This document shows positions 1 through 13,199 of a stretch of 64,000 nt of DNA, one piece after another. Position 1 is the stretch's first letter. Every line of letters begins with the position of its first letter. Source of the DNA: Octopus sinensis (taxonomy: Eukaryota); the NCBI RefSeq assembly GCF_006345805.1, contig NC_042999.1:81778001-81842000 (forward strand), read 5' to 3'. The notes under the pieces are model-generated. The model ran no database searches. It saw only the letters and a program-made list of their open reading frames with translations, and was not told the DNA's origin. The translations under genes were made by a program, and so were the position numbers.

Positions 1-27
1 ATTGCTAGATAGATAAATATATTTATA

Positions 28-424
28 GGCGCAGGAGTGGCTGTGTGGTAAGTAGCTTGCTAACCAACCACATGGTTCTGGGTTCAGTCCCACTGCGTGG
101 CATCTTGGGCAAGTGTCTTCTGGTATGGCCCCGGGCCGACCAATGCTTTGTGAGTGGATTTGGTAGACGGAAACTGAAAGAAGCCTGTCGCATATATGTA
201 TATATATATATGTGAGAGTGTTTGTGTGTCTGTGTTTGTCCCCCCCCCAGCATTGCTTGACAACCGATGCTGGTGTGTTTATGTCCCCGTCACTTAGCGG
301 TTCGGCAAAAGACACCGATAGAATAAGTACTGGGCTTACAAAGAATAAGTCCCGGGGTCGATTTGCTAGACTAAAGGCGGTATTCCAGCATGGCCGCAGT
401 CAAATGACTGAAACAAGTAAAAGA

Positions 425-426
<2 letters not shown>
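28..426 (+). mobile_element. tRNA-derived SINE (octopus-type composite) with LINE-derived 3' tail
   Basis: A-box-like TGGCTGTGTGG and B-box-like GGTTCAGTCCC at the 5' end; 3' tail GGCGGTATTCCAGCATGGCCGCAGTCAAATGACTGAAACAAGTAAAAG; the same head recurs at ~49980. Confidence 0.85.
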
Positions 427-473
<47 letters not shown>

Positions 474-479
474 TATATA

Positions 480-630
480 ATAAAAGGGTCAAATCAATTA
501 ATAATTAATTAATTTCACTAAGTAGTGTTCAGTATGTAAAAGGACCATTCAAGGTATATTCAAAATATTACGTTATATAATTAGGGCTCAGTAAAATAAT
601 TTACTTTACCACATACTGTAAATTGTTTCG
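480..630. repeat. Penelope pseudo-LTR-like terminal fragment
   Basis: AATTAATTAATTTCAC-type motif between (TA)n runs, resembling 11560-11690 and 36930-37015. Assignment to Penelope is by resemblance only. Confidence 0.35.
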
Positions 631-959
631 GTATATATACATATATATATATAAATGTACATATATATGTGTATATATATATGAGTAATTGTACACACAT
701 GTATATAAATTTCTCTACGCATATGTAGCTTTATATATTCTCATACATCTATTGATATACTTATACAGCTGTCAGTTCTTAACAATACACGCCTACACAA
801 CTACGGTCGTTAAGATGCTATATACAGCTAAATTTATCATTCTGATGTTCAGATATTCCTTAAATATCATGCTATCATACATCGCCAAACCAAGACTAAA
901 ACAAGAAGAGACCGGACAAAACATGGTATATCTAACGGACAGAAATTCTATAGGCCAAA

Positions 960-2560
960 AATGGTGTAAAGCACTGTTCTTTGAGAAAGATACTACAAAT
1001 ATTCTTTACAATACCATTCAACTAAAAACTTACAAATTACTTGATTTGATAGCATAATATCCTATATAACTTAACCAAAAATATTGTATGGAATCTCACG
1101 CGAATAACGTCTAGTAAACAGTTCACACAAACGAGAAACAACAACATAAAAAGACGTAGAAATGTTTCCGACAGCACACAAATTGAACGAAGTAAGCAAA
1201 TGTACACCTGAATATATAAGAGTCAAATACCTTACCAAGTAAACTGGATAAAGATTTAAGTATTTAAGTTCTAGCATTGCAAGGTTCTCAACAATAGAAA
1301 TATTCACCTTGTCCCACCGGTAGAATATATATCGCTAAAATAAGCAAATTAATCCTTGGTGAAATCATTAGTAGTATATACCCATAATCTAACCTTATTT
1401 TACGATGCCTCATTGTTCATTAACCGCTCACTAATTGTGATAATATGTAACTAAATACGTTTATGCTGCTTACGGTTAATTTAGTGATACACCATAATAA
1501 CCAAGGTCCTGCATTGAAAGTACAACGAGAAGATAACATACATTAAGGTTATTTACAGACTTACATATTCCAAGATCAAAAATTTCAACATAATTTGAGA
1601 TTGATACGGCCAGGCTTATTTTTACATCCGATAATATCGATGCCACACTGCTGCACTGATTTTATGCAGCTTATATACATTGTATAATATACAGCAAACC
1701 GTTTTCCCAACACAATATCCCCATTAAATATTCAAACCTGAAATAATATATTCCAAGCTTCCTTCCAGGTTTAATGACCGAAAGATATTTGTTCGCCAGT
1801 TTTCACCGTCAAAAAGACAGTTGCTTAAAGCAAAGATTATTTAGAATATTCAATAGAAGTAACGTTAAACTTAGTTACAAAAACATACTTTTCTTCTGCA
1901 CAAAAATAAGCATCAGGAAACAATTTTACATCAATTAATCCAACTTTCTACCTCATTTGCACTTGCATAAATATCAGATAATAGTTCGTTTGAAAATCTA
2001 TGCTTATAAATCCATAATGAACAGACTATTCCATTAAGGAAAGCAATACAATGGAAGGCTGCCTCAATCTAAGTTAGTATATTCTCCTTTCAAACTCCAA
2101 CACATCAACTCTTTCATCACGTATAAGGTAGCAGATTGCAGAAAAAATATAGACACGCATTCGAGATGGTCATTTTGATTCATCTTCATCCCAAACCTAC
2201 CCCTGATTACTTTTTACACGTACAAAACCATGTTTTAAATAAAGAACTTTTAGAAAAAGATAACATTAGCATCCGGTAGGTCACACAATCGAAACTGAAC
2301 AATAACAGCATTATTTACCCCGTCTAACATAACTTGAGCAATTTATCCTTTTCAGTTGCATTAAAACTAAATCTCCTTGTCTGTACCCTGTCGCCCACAA
2401 CAAATACAAAGTCCACGGTCAAATTACTGCATTTCATGCGCCAAGTTTCAATTGTATACGCCTCACATACCTATGTGGCTACGAGGCCTGATTTATTTCT
2501 ATGCTTATAACAACCTACGGCTGTTCAAGTTAAACTAGTGTAACACAACTCTTAATACTT
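960..2560 (-). mobile_element. Degenerate Penelope-like element (RT and GIY-YIG remnants)
   Basis: ORF 1071-1307(-) has SGVHLLTSFNLCAVGNISTSFYV, a decayed GIY-YIG-like segment; RT-like remnants lie further 5' on the minus strand, with many stops. Confidence 0.45.
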
Positions 2561-2792
2561 TCAACAGCTCATATATTTCATATTTTCAAACTCCCAATCT
2601 TTATTGCTAAGTGTGCGTTTACGTGCCTGTATGTGTGTATGTGTAATTGTGTTTGTAACATATTTTTGTGTACACGTGTTGGACAAAATAATGGAAACAC
2701 CTTGCATCATAATTTTGAAATATCTATATATCCGTCAAACGCTTGTTTATTTTTATGTTTTTTATTTATTATTAGTGTTGCTTAATATGTTT

Positions 2793-3620
2793 AGATAGGA
2801 ACCATCGGATTCTTACGCGAATTATTAGAAAGGATCCCAGAAGTGGAGCTCCCAAAATTACTGCAGAGCCTAATGACCACCTCGAGAACCCAGTTTCCAC
2901 AAAAACCCTTCGCTGGGAGATGCACAAATCGGATCTGACAGAAAACCACTACTTTCAAAAACAAACGTTGCAAACCGTTTAGAATAGAGTAAAAAACAAA
3001 CCTTACAGTATTGATCGCTAGAGCAGGGAAAGACTGTAATTTTCTCAGATGAGTCATCTTTTATCTTATTTCCGACCACCAACTTAGTATACATGTTGAG
3101 ACAGCCAAAAAGTAGCATTTGCCCGTGTCTTCTTCCAATTGTTAAACATGGAGGAGGATCTGTGATGATCTGGTGGTGAGGGGGCTATGTCTTGGAAATC
3201 CGCCGGCCCAATGGTTTCCCTTCATGGCCAACACTATTTAAGCATTTTATCTGATCAAATTCATCCCATTGTTGCGGGACTTTTTCGGGGGGGGGGGTAA
3301 ACGCAATCTTTTATGATGATAATGCACCATCTCATAACTGAACTTGTTACTGAATGGCACGAGGAACATACTAGTGAAGTTGAACAGTCCCTAGAACTCA
3401 ATATTATCGAACATTTATAGCGAATTTTAGAAAAACAAGTAAGGAGTCGATATCCTCCACCATTATCACTACAAGAACTGGAGACTGTTTTAGCTGAAGA
3501 ATGGACAAAACACAATTCAAACTTTGTACGAGACCATAGCTCGTAGGATTCAAGCTGTAATTACTGCTAAAAGGCTGTCCTATCCCATATTAAAATCAAT
3601 TTGTTTGAAATTTTGAAGTG
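2793..3620 (+). mobile_element. Tc1-family transposase remnant
   Basis: Plus-strand translation gives RIIRKDPRSGAPKIT, VIFSDESSF, VKHGGGSVMIW, DNAP and LNIIEHL, with frameshifts. Confidence 0.85.
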
Positions 3621-3646
3621 TAATAATAATAATAATAATAATAATG

Positions 3647-3679
<33 letters not shown>
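3621..3679 (+). repeat. (AAT)n microsatellite
   Basis: Direct reading. Confidence 0.95.
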
Positions 3680-3682
<3 letters not shown>

Positions 3683-4241
3683 GCCCTGATGCAGTACCAG
3701 GCAATGGCTCTCATGGCTTCTGATCTTAACTGATTGGAAGTGTTATCATGTACATTGTTTTGTCATGGTATAAAAGATAGGCCACAGCAAATATTCTACT
3801 CAATACCACAGATTTGCTTGTCAGTTGTTTGACCTTAACCAGTTGAGCATGTCCCTTAGTGGCTGATGAGTTGTGCATCTCTGATCACGAGCAGAAGTAG
3901 TGGGGGAGCATCATAGCCATGTGTTGAGAGGGATTCTTTGGGGTTTGGATAATTCACCTCTGGAAACATGGGTGGTTCTTTCAACATCCTTAAACAACCC
4001 TTATTCAGGGACCTTTTGAGCGGGATGGGCTACTCAACCTGAAAAAATTTCTAACTGGGCCCCACCTGCAAGGTCATGTGCTGTTTATCTTTTTATGAGA
4101 TCACCATGTTGTGTACATGTTTGTGATGCATGTTCCTGGTGTACCTACCCTTATCAGACGGGTAGTCATGATGGGTATATTGTTGGGCTTCATATGTTTT
4201 ACCCCAGTGTCACTTTGATGGCATGCACTGCTCTCTCACTC
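3680..4241 (+). mobile_element. ~560-bp non-coding interspersed element flanked by (AAT)n
   Basis: Second, closely similar copy at 27943-28500 on the minus strand; both copies are bounded by (AAT)n; no ORF. Confidence 0.85.
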
Positions 4242-4283
<42 letters not shown>

Positions 4284-4284
<1 letters not shown>

Positions 4285-5110
4285 GCTTATCACCGCTGCT
4301 TTTTGTTCTCTGCATATTACACCTTACCTTGGTACTCATGAAAATGAACCTGGGATAGCAACTAAAGGGAAATACTAAACAATCAAGCACTTCCTCTTCA
4401 TGGATGATTTGAAACTGTATGGTAAGCATGAGGCACAAATGCGTTCCTTGGCGAACACGGTCCGCTGTATTAGTACTGATATTAGAATGGAATTTGGAAT
4501 CAAGGACTGCGGAATAATCTACAAAAGAGGCAATGTACAGTCCCTAGCAGGGATAGACTTACCAAATAAACACTTCGTTATACAAAGTGAGACGGAAGGT
4601 TACAAATACCTTGGCGTACTAGAGTTCAATGATATAATGGAGACGGAAATGAAAGAGCAACTGAGAATGGAATATTCCCGATGATAACACGTTGGTATTG
4701 CGCTCAAAATTGACTGGATGGAATAACATCTAAGCAGTTAATACGTAGGCGATAACATCACTTCGTTATGGAGCGGGAATTAAAAAAATGGCAAAACGTT
4801 ATGAAAATGGATAGCATAACCAGAACGATGGTGATAATACACAGAACCTCCTACCCAAAGATTGATACCGAGAGGTTTTACTTGTCCAGAAGAAAGGGTG
4901 GAATAGATTTTATCACTTGCCAGGAATGTATCGAAATAGAAGAAACCGTGTTAGTGTGGTATATATAAATGCTGTGGAATCAGTGTTGAAAGGCACGAAG
5001 AAAGCTAAAATTTTTCTCCAACCCTCTTGACGGACCCCAAAATACCTCGATCGGGATAAATATTGAAGTTACCAAGAAGGTATTACCGACATCCAAGATT
5101 AGTTATAATA
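4284..5110 (+). mobile_element. R4/Dong-clade non-LTR retrotransposon, RT fragment
   Basis: LSPLLFVLC, MDDLKLYGK, MEFGIKDC, GYKYLGVLE and ERFYLSRRKGG motifs; ends in an AAT-like tail. Confidence 0.85.
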
Positions 5111-6039
5111 ACAATAACAATCATCGCAAAACTTATAATATGTATAGATATATGATTTGGATTGTCGTTAAGTCTTTTGAGTTAAGCTGCCGATTCGCAG
5201 TTTTTTGTTTTATTTATTTATTCATTTTTTGTTTCGAAGACCATTAAAATAACAAAATGAAGACATATCCTCTTCATCAGCTTATTCGCCGGGAGACCCA
5301 GTTTATGCTCCAACCACCTGTCTGTATTTTATTACATAGCGTGACTATCTGTTGCATGTCATTGTCACGACATTCCTAATTGCAATAACGAGTTAAATCT
5401 CGTCGTCTCAAGGGATTCAAGGATATCACTGCCATGACAAACTGATGGTGTGATATTATGTGTAACCCGCCAGGAATGCTAGAATGAAAGTAGGGATAGG
5501 AAAAGGATTGATGATAGATAAGACTGAAGTACTCAGTGCTGAGGATAAGTGAATAGAAATATATAAATAATCATTGGAGAAAATACAGAAAGAAAAATTG
5601 AAACAAACAAATAAATGGGGATTACCCTAAATGTCATTAATAATGCTGGAAAAGAAGCAGGCATTTTTTAAAAATTTAGATGACTACATCAGTAATACGA
5701 TTTGACGTTTGAAAAGTATGTATATTGTGCATATCAATGAAAAATGTATTATCTGTACTTTCAAATGCTGAAGTCACTGAAGTGGTGAAAGAATAAAGAA
5801 ATAAAGATATTGGTAGGGAAATAAAGATCTACATTGCTAATTGATGCAACACTCTGACTATGTTCATTGTGGCTGACGAATGGATACCTGAAACGACTAA
5901 GTGAATTAATCAGGGACAATTCATTAAAGCAAATTATATAACGATTGATAAAACTCCGTCTCAAGAAGAACTCACATTTAGAGAAAGTGACTAATTATTT
6001 TCTAAGTGAATGCACTAAGGTATCACAAGAGAAAAAAAT

Positions 6040-6330
6040 AATCACTGCAGGAATGGCTCCCGAGGCAAAATCAGAACGTTGTGATGTTAGCCAATTTTGT
6101 GAAATGATGTCCAAGACACTGGGATGGTGAGAAGTGATTTTAAAGGAATTTTTTCATAGTGACCGATTGTAAAATTGAAACAGGGGAGTAATCATAATCG
6201 TACAGAATTGAAAGAATAAACAGTGTAAGATTATTGACTTTGCAGTCCGATAGAGTATTAGATTGGAAATTGAGAATATTGAGAAATATCATCTAGACAA
6301 AAACAAATAAATAAAATCAAGATACCATGT
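6040..6330 (+). mobile_element. R4-clade REL endonuclease remnant (5' part)
   Basis: Decayed CKIIDFAV and IEKY motifs; continues after the Chapaev-like insertion. Confidence 0.5.
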
Positions 6331-6361
6331 AGCAAAAAGGAGGAAATTCACTCTCTTATAA

Positions 6362-7966
6362 CACTGGTAAAGAGCCAAAATGGTTTTTATATATGAATAT
6401 GTGCTTCTCACTAATTATCTAACGCTGAATTCAGTTTTGACACTAATTTTGTGCTATCCGACCAGGTTTTCTGTGTATTGGTTGAGAAATATGTTCTGCG
6501 TATAGTCATTTCTATCCCCTTTTGAACACATGGTATGGTATGTATATATACTAACTTGTGATTTATTTTGCTTCACTGGTTTTAACACTACCTAATATAT
6601 TGCGAAAAATGGAAAGAGTCCTAAAAACTTTTCCTGGATTTTTTTCTACGCTTGTTCTGCTGGTTGTCCTTACATTGCAGTGTCCAGCAGTAGTCTCCTG
6701 ACATTATCGGACTGAACCGGCCCTGATACCTACTCTCCATTATTGCAATTTTTTGTTGTAAGTCTTCTCCATGTTCATCACTGATGTGTCCTAAGTTATC
6801 TGGGAAGATATCCATATGATAAAGAAATAAATTAAGCTTCACGGACATTCGTGAAACCAGAGCACGATTATTTTGAATCAAAGTTTAAAGAATTTCTCCA
6901 TAGTTGTCTGCACGGTGATTTCCAAGAAAGTTCTGTGTCACATCATCGAATGTTTTCCATGTAGCAGTTTCGAAAGAGTTTAATGTTTTAGCAAGCTCAC
7001 TATCATTAACCAGCATGCGAATCTGAGGACCATTCAAACCTCCGCCTTTAACTTTGCATCAGATACAACATCAGCCAACTTCTTACACAAGTAATAAATC
7101 CCATTTCTTGGATGTTCCATACCGTTTTATGAAATTTTTGGCTAAGCCTAATTTGATTTGTACAAGCAGTTGAACCTTCCTGCACCATCTTTTGGTCTTG
7201 GTGGTCAATCCTTTTTTAAGTAGTGCTGCAGATTTTTAAGTGTATTTCACAAACACAAAAAAGCACATGTGATTTGTGTAACAAGTCTGAAGACCTAGAA
7301 TAAGATTAGTTACTTTGAATTCCCCACATATTTTCCACTGGTGCTTTTGGCAAAATTTTCATTGTTTATAGTTTTCAACCACATTTGTTGCATGTGCAAT
7401 TGGTACAGAGGGAAAGGGGATTACCAATACGTCGGACAACGACTTTTATAGTATATTTTCCGGAATCAATAAAAAGCCTCCAATCATATAATTTGTATGA
7501 ATCAGATTTGCAGGGTTCTTGCTTGAGGGACTCTACATAATGATAGTAGGAAAGGCTATTTTCCCTTTTGAAAAAATGCAGGAAGTTGTTCATGCCGATG
7601 ATGTGTGAAGAGTCCACAAGTATAACAAAATCGGTTGGGATCATTTGCACATTTGCGGTATTCCACCTTTTTTAATAATGTCAGTGATTACAAATTATTA
7701 CAATAACAGCCTTGGCTGGTTGTAACTATGTGATCTGGAAAAAAAAAAAGAAAATCAAAATCGGTTGATAATAAGAAATATAGTATATGTAAAATAGGGA
7801 AAATAATATGAGCTGCCTAATATGTGTCATAAAATTGCTATGCTGGTTCTCGAAAACAAAACTAGCAATACAGTTTAACCGTTGTCATATTCATCACTTT
7901 TGATTACTCGTAACTCAAATCAGATCATACCAGAACCAATTAAAAAAACATTTTTGTCGACCAGTG
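6362..7966 (-). mobile_element. Chapaev3-like (CMC superfamily) DNA transposon, internally deleted
   Basis: Termini CACTGGT...ACCAGTG with TAA on both sides (6359-6361, 7967-7969); transposase motifs WRLFIDS (7375-7650) and DIFPDNLGHISDEHGE...RYQG...DYCW (6621-6881). Family name is from recall of this protein family. Confidence 0.75.
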
Positions 7967-7969
7967 TAA

Positions 7970-8160
7970 CTGGTGCACACGGAAAAGCATTTAAACCGCT
8001 GCTTAAGTGACTGGGGCATATTGAACTTAAGATGCATATTCTCCCACTGCATGAAACTGCCATCCTTTATTCGCAAGAATATTATGAAAGATTCTTGTGA
8101 TTTGAAAAGCCTCGCTTTAAACAAACCCCAGGATAACATCTCTGTTAATTTAATTAACAT
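7970..8160 (+). mobile_element. R4-clade C-terminal remnant (3' part after the Chapaev-like insertion)
   Basis: TGAHGK resembles the VGALG motif downstream of the REL core; followed by (AAT)/(AAC) repeats. Confidence 0.45.
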
Positions 8161-9085
8161 GTAATAAACCTTTGCATAATGATGATAATAATAATAATAA
8201 TAACAACAACAACAACAACAGCAACAACAACAACAACAATGATAATGATAACATCATAAGGAAAAAAGAAGAGGAGAAGAGAGCAAAGAAGAAAACAGAA
8301 AGAAGGTAGAGAAACTTCATTTCATACAGAGAAATCCTACTCACGCAGTGAACTGTGAAGACGTACGCCAGGCTGAAAAGTGATTACATGCTATTTAAGG
8401 GTTTCTCCATAGAAACTGATCTTAAAGTTAAAGAAAGGAGACCATTTGTAATTGCCTGGAACAACAATAAACTCAAAAGATCTAACCTAAAATCCAAGAC
8501 TGAAGGTCAGATTCTAGCTACGAAAGACAAATGCTAAGCCACAAATTATAAAATGATACAGGGAAACGATGGAGATTTCAAGTAGGCTAAGCATACAGAC
8601 GATTAGATAGTTGACGTTCCTCAGCTGCGATTGCACAATCCTTTTCATATCAAAGTATATTCATTGAATGTTATCAGTCGGCTGGTTTGTCTACAGGGTC
8701 GGCCTAAAAAATGTGGTGTAAACAAGCGAGTAACAATATACGAATCGAACGTGACCTTAGTGAACGGGTTGGTGACTATTATAATTGATTAACAAATCAA
8801 TACTGACGATCCACAGATGCAAATTTAAACTTATAGGTATCTTGACTATTCACGACCAAAACAGTTCCCAAAAGAAAAGTCGACATTGATGGATCACCAA
8901 ATTAATATCAAAAGATTATTAGGCATCAAATTAATAAACAACCAACTATAATTGATTAACAAGATTAATGATTGATAAAACTCAGTCAGATGTCAAAATG
9001 AGAGGAATATGGGATGAAGACACTAGTTATGATGCAATATCTCCAGTGATGTTTTCGAAAGAGAACTTTAATTTCATTACATTTT

Positions 9086-9124
<39 letters not shown>

Positions 9125-9149
9125 GTATATAGAAAGCTCCAGAGATACT

Positions 9150-10930
9150 TGTACCAGCGGACAAAAACAAGTAACATTTACATTGTGGATATTGGGTTAG
9201 ATCAGCCTATGATTAGGAAGGAATTACGCAGCAAATATAGACAGGCTAGTAACGACATATTGAAAAGAATAAATTACATACGGTTACAAATCGTTAGAGA
9301 TTTAGCTGTAGATGATAGAACTTGGCAATACATCCCCAGAAAACCACGGATTGTACTTAAGGACCATAAACCTAACTTTCTTATTGACCCTTCAGTTAGA
9401 TTGCTTTGTCCTTCTAAATCTTATATAGGCATTAATAGTAAAAAAAATTGATAGGGTAATATCTGCCCTTAGGTCTGAAGTTAGATTAGCTCTTTGGTCT
9501 GATAGCCGAGAGTTGGTTAGATGGTTCAAGTTTCTAGAAATTAGTAAAAATTGTATATTCTTGCAACTAATTATAGAGTGCTATCATGTCAGTATTAACC
9601 CGATCGGCCTTAATAAAGCCCTGATTTATAGCATGAAAAATTTTGATTTGTCCCGAGACGAAGTTTATTATAATACTTACCGCGCCAGCCAGATTTTTTT
9701 AAAATTTAGGACTAAACATTACTATGGGAAAGGATTATCGTAGAGTAAATTTTCTTGACGCTACTGTCTGTCTGTAGCATCCAACCATTCACCCTCAATA
9801 ATAAGTGGATTAGTTAAGAATATTTCTACAAACATTTCTAGATTATTCTCTAATGATAACATTTTGAATCCCATGCAAGTTATTATGCTGCTTTAGCTAG
9901 GGCTGGGTACCGTGAGAAAATTCAATATATACAAGAATCAGGCATACACAACACTGTGATGTACAGCATCGCAACATCTCTGTATGAGGACAGTAGATAA
10001 TACAGGCGAGGATGAATTGATCAAGACAACGAACTACCGACGAAATCTCATAGACACAATTATCTAACTGCTTATAACACTGTGATTTTTTGTTTTGCAT
10101 TCATGTACAACACACTCGATCAAATAAGTTTAACAACCTCTAGTTCAACTTAATTTTCAGTTCTCGTGTTTCAACTAAGATCGCTGGAAAATCTTTGGCT
10201 GCTTTAGACAAATGCTTTCCTAAATCTAATCGATATCATGACATTCTTAATCGCAACACCGGGAAGGTATCCTGCTCTAACTCTGCTAACTTAGAGCTAC
10301 TTATGTACTGCATGAACAATAATAAAATGCGACGAATGCTCAATAACTTACCTACTGGATCTAGCGAACATATGCATCTAAATACCAATAAAGGAGATGC
10401 AAAGTGCAATGAAAAGCACAAATTACGGCCGAATTATAATAGCGGAAATGCGTATGATATAGCTTACACGTTGACAACGTCGGAAAATGGAGTCAAAACT
10501 GCCACATGTACAAATATTTATGATAAATGCTCAATGATGAACCTCTGTATGTGTACAAATCTTGTATATAAACGTACCGTGCACACAAGATTAGGGCCGT
10601 ATGTTTACATTGGACAGACGGATGATTCATTTAAGAATTGTTATTGCAAACTTGTCGCTAGCTTTAGGAGAATCAATGGGAGACATTTAACATATTTGTG
10701 TGGAGACTGAAGGAGGATGAAATTAAATACAATATCATTTGCTCCATAGTAAGACATGTGAAACCATACAATATCATTTGCAGGAGATGCCGACGCTGCT
10801 CCGAGGAATCCCTATTTTTCTGTGGACCAATGAGAAGATCTTTAATAGAATTTATACAAGACTCTCAAGATACCCAAATGCATATGAATGTATTTTCGCC
10901 CAACGCAGTGAAAATGAATTTGACTAACTA
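9150..10930 (+). mobile_element. Penelope-like element, degenerate (RT + C-terminal GIY-YIG)
   Basis: LKDHKPNF..P.VRLLCPSKS.IG, SNHPPSII, VYIGQTDDSFK and WRLK...YNI...CRRCRRCSEE motifs spread over broken frames. Confidence 0.8.
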
Positions 10931-11334
10931 TTAACAATTTACTTCAAGGTATGGATGAATTAAGTTTAGTTATAACCACCCTATTCTTATAAACACAAAG
11001 TAGCAATTTAACTCGCTTTGTGATCGTGAGTGAGCCAAACCACATGTGTGAGTATGCTTACATCTTCGCGGATTCTTGCAAGGTATTTATACATTCATAT
11101 TTGTTAACGGTTGTTTTTTTATACTTTTCTTGCTGTATTGCATGTTCGTTTCTGTTTTGCATCTGTAATTTTATTTTTGATCTTTTATATAAATGAATAC
11201 CTTTCCTTCGTTTTGCTGCTTTTCTTTCTACGAAATGAGAAGATGCACTGCGGAACTTTAATCTTAACGAGTGGTGTCTATTTATCATCCGATGAGACAC
11301 ATCTGAATATTCCATCTTCCGTCTTATATATCCC

Positions 11335-11374
11335 ATATATATATATTATATATAATATATATTATATATATATA

Positions 11375-11446
<72 letters not shown>

Positions 11447-11506
11447 TATATATATATAATATATATATATATATAGTATATATATATATATATATATAAT
11501 ATATAT

Positions 11507-11549
<43 letters not shown>

Positions 11550-11550
11550 C
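11335..11550. repeat. (TA)n microsatellite
   Basis: Direct reading. Confidence 0.95.
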
Positions 11551-11690
11551 AGCAACAATATAGGGTGAAATTAATTAATTTGGAGTAATCATTAATTACA
11601 CCAAGTAGATTTCGGCATGTAAAAGCCTCATTCGAGGAAAGATTAAGTAATACTAAGTAATTAAGAGTTTATGTATATATATATATATAT

Positions 11691-12120
11691 ACATAAGTAA
11701 TTAAGGGTTTAGCAACGAATTGCCTCACCACACACCGAATTTAGAAATAGCAGTCAAAGAATTATAGCTATTCTTTCTACTAAAAGGGAGATCTCAGTAA
11801 AAACAGAGCACTTGAAAGGCAAACACAGACAGGTAAGAGAGAATGAAATGACGGTAATCTATCATACAATTTTAAGTCACCCACGGACGTACGTTTCGAA
11901 ATTAAGTTTTAAAATTAAGAAACGTACGTCCGTGGGTGACTTAAAATTGTATGATAGATTGCCGTCATTTCATTCTCTCTTACCTGTCTGTGTTTGCCTT
12001 TCAAGTGCTCTGTTTTTACTGAGATCTCCCTTTTAGTAGAAAGAATAGCTATAATTCTTTGACTGCTATTTCTAAATTCGGTGTGTGGTGAGGCAATTCG
12101 TTGCTAAACCCTTAATTACT

Positions 12121-12125
<5 letters not shown>
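11691..12125. repeat. Near-perfect inverted repeat, 207-bp arms with a 21-bp spacer, derived from a Penelope pseudo-LTR-like sequence
   Basis: 11691-11897 is the reverse complement of 11919-12125; I saw one mismatch (ACGGTAATCT vs ACGGCAATCT); flanked by (TA)n. Confidence 0.95.
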
Positions 12126-12169
<44 letters not shown>

Positions 12170-12239
12170 TATATATACATACATACATACATACCTACAT
12201 ACATACATACATACATACATACATACACACATAGAAATG

Positions 12240-12725
12240 ACACACTTTACATTTTCGGTTGCGTCTTGGAACTCCAACGTCTTCATTGTCTCTTGTTCGT
12301 AAGTTATTTAGTAGCGATCATCTCTTCGTGGATTGCAAATGCGTAGCCTTCGAAATGTAATCTGATGTTGCAGTCACTTCATGTCAATGTTACTGTCTTC
12401 TTTAAATCTTCGGGAAACATACGGATGCATGGTCTTTTTTGGTATGCTAAGTATCACACCTCCAATTTTTCTTTAAATTATTTTGTCTGGTTGTTTTGAG
12501 GTAGTATTGGAAGTCATCAGGAAGAGAGTGTTTCCTCAGGAGCTCACTTCCAAAACGTAGGACATTATTTTTTCACTTTTCTGTAACCTAGAGTTGCTGA
12601 CACTAGGTTGTAGCTAGTTTATATATTGTTGCAGGAATGGTAATGGATTTAATGTTAAAATGAGCAGAATTGAAGCGAGATTATCTCCTTGGAATATTCC
12701 CTTTGAAATATTAATGGCGTTGGAG
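12240..12725 (-). mobile_element. R4-clade retrotransposon fragment, internally deleted
   Basis: KGIFQGDNLASILLILTLNPL (RT core) and FEGYAFAIHEEMIATK; same family as 13200-14530. Confidence 0.75.
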
Positions 12726-12756
12726 ACGTATGTACGTACGTATGTACGTATGTATG

Positions 12757-12787
<31 letters not shown>

Positions 12788-13199
12788 GTATGTATGTATG
12801 TATGTAAGTATGTATGTATGTATGTATGTATGTATGTGTGTATATGTGCAACTTTGTATGTTATGTCTTATGTGTCTTCTCATGCATATATTTGCATATC
12901 TAGAGATGCTCATACATATTTAAATAATATGTCATTATTGAGTTTTATTCAAAATTTCTTGCGATAGAGAAAGAACCGATTTCTAGACTAGATCCAAGCC
13001 TACTTCACTGTAATTTCAACATCAACATGTATGCATGTATGCATGAATGCAAGCATGTATTTATGCATTTATGTATGCATGCATGCATGCATGTTTGTAT
13101 GTATGCATGTATATGTGCATGTATATGCAGATTTGTTTGTTTTATGCATGTATCCTGATGTATATAATTGCATCTCTAGACATACCTATATTTATTTAA

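Noticed and set aside
3680-3760. HDV-like ribozyme at the 5' end of the 560-bp element
   Set aside because: Hairpins exist, but I could not place P1/P2/P3 or a catalytic C after the P4-like stem.
3860-3900. CTGATGA inside the 560-bp element
   Set aside because: Followed by GAAG rather than GAAA with no stems; the other copy differs.
8796-8895. ATCAATA-CTGACGA ... GAAA-AGTCGAC-ATTGAT, possible hammerhead upstream of a Penelope element
   Set aside because: Stem I is complementary, but the stem III/UH site is non-canonical and stem II does not close.
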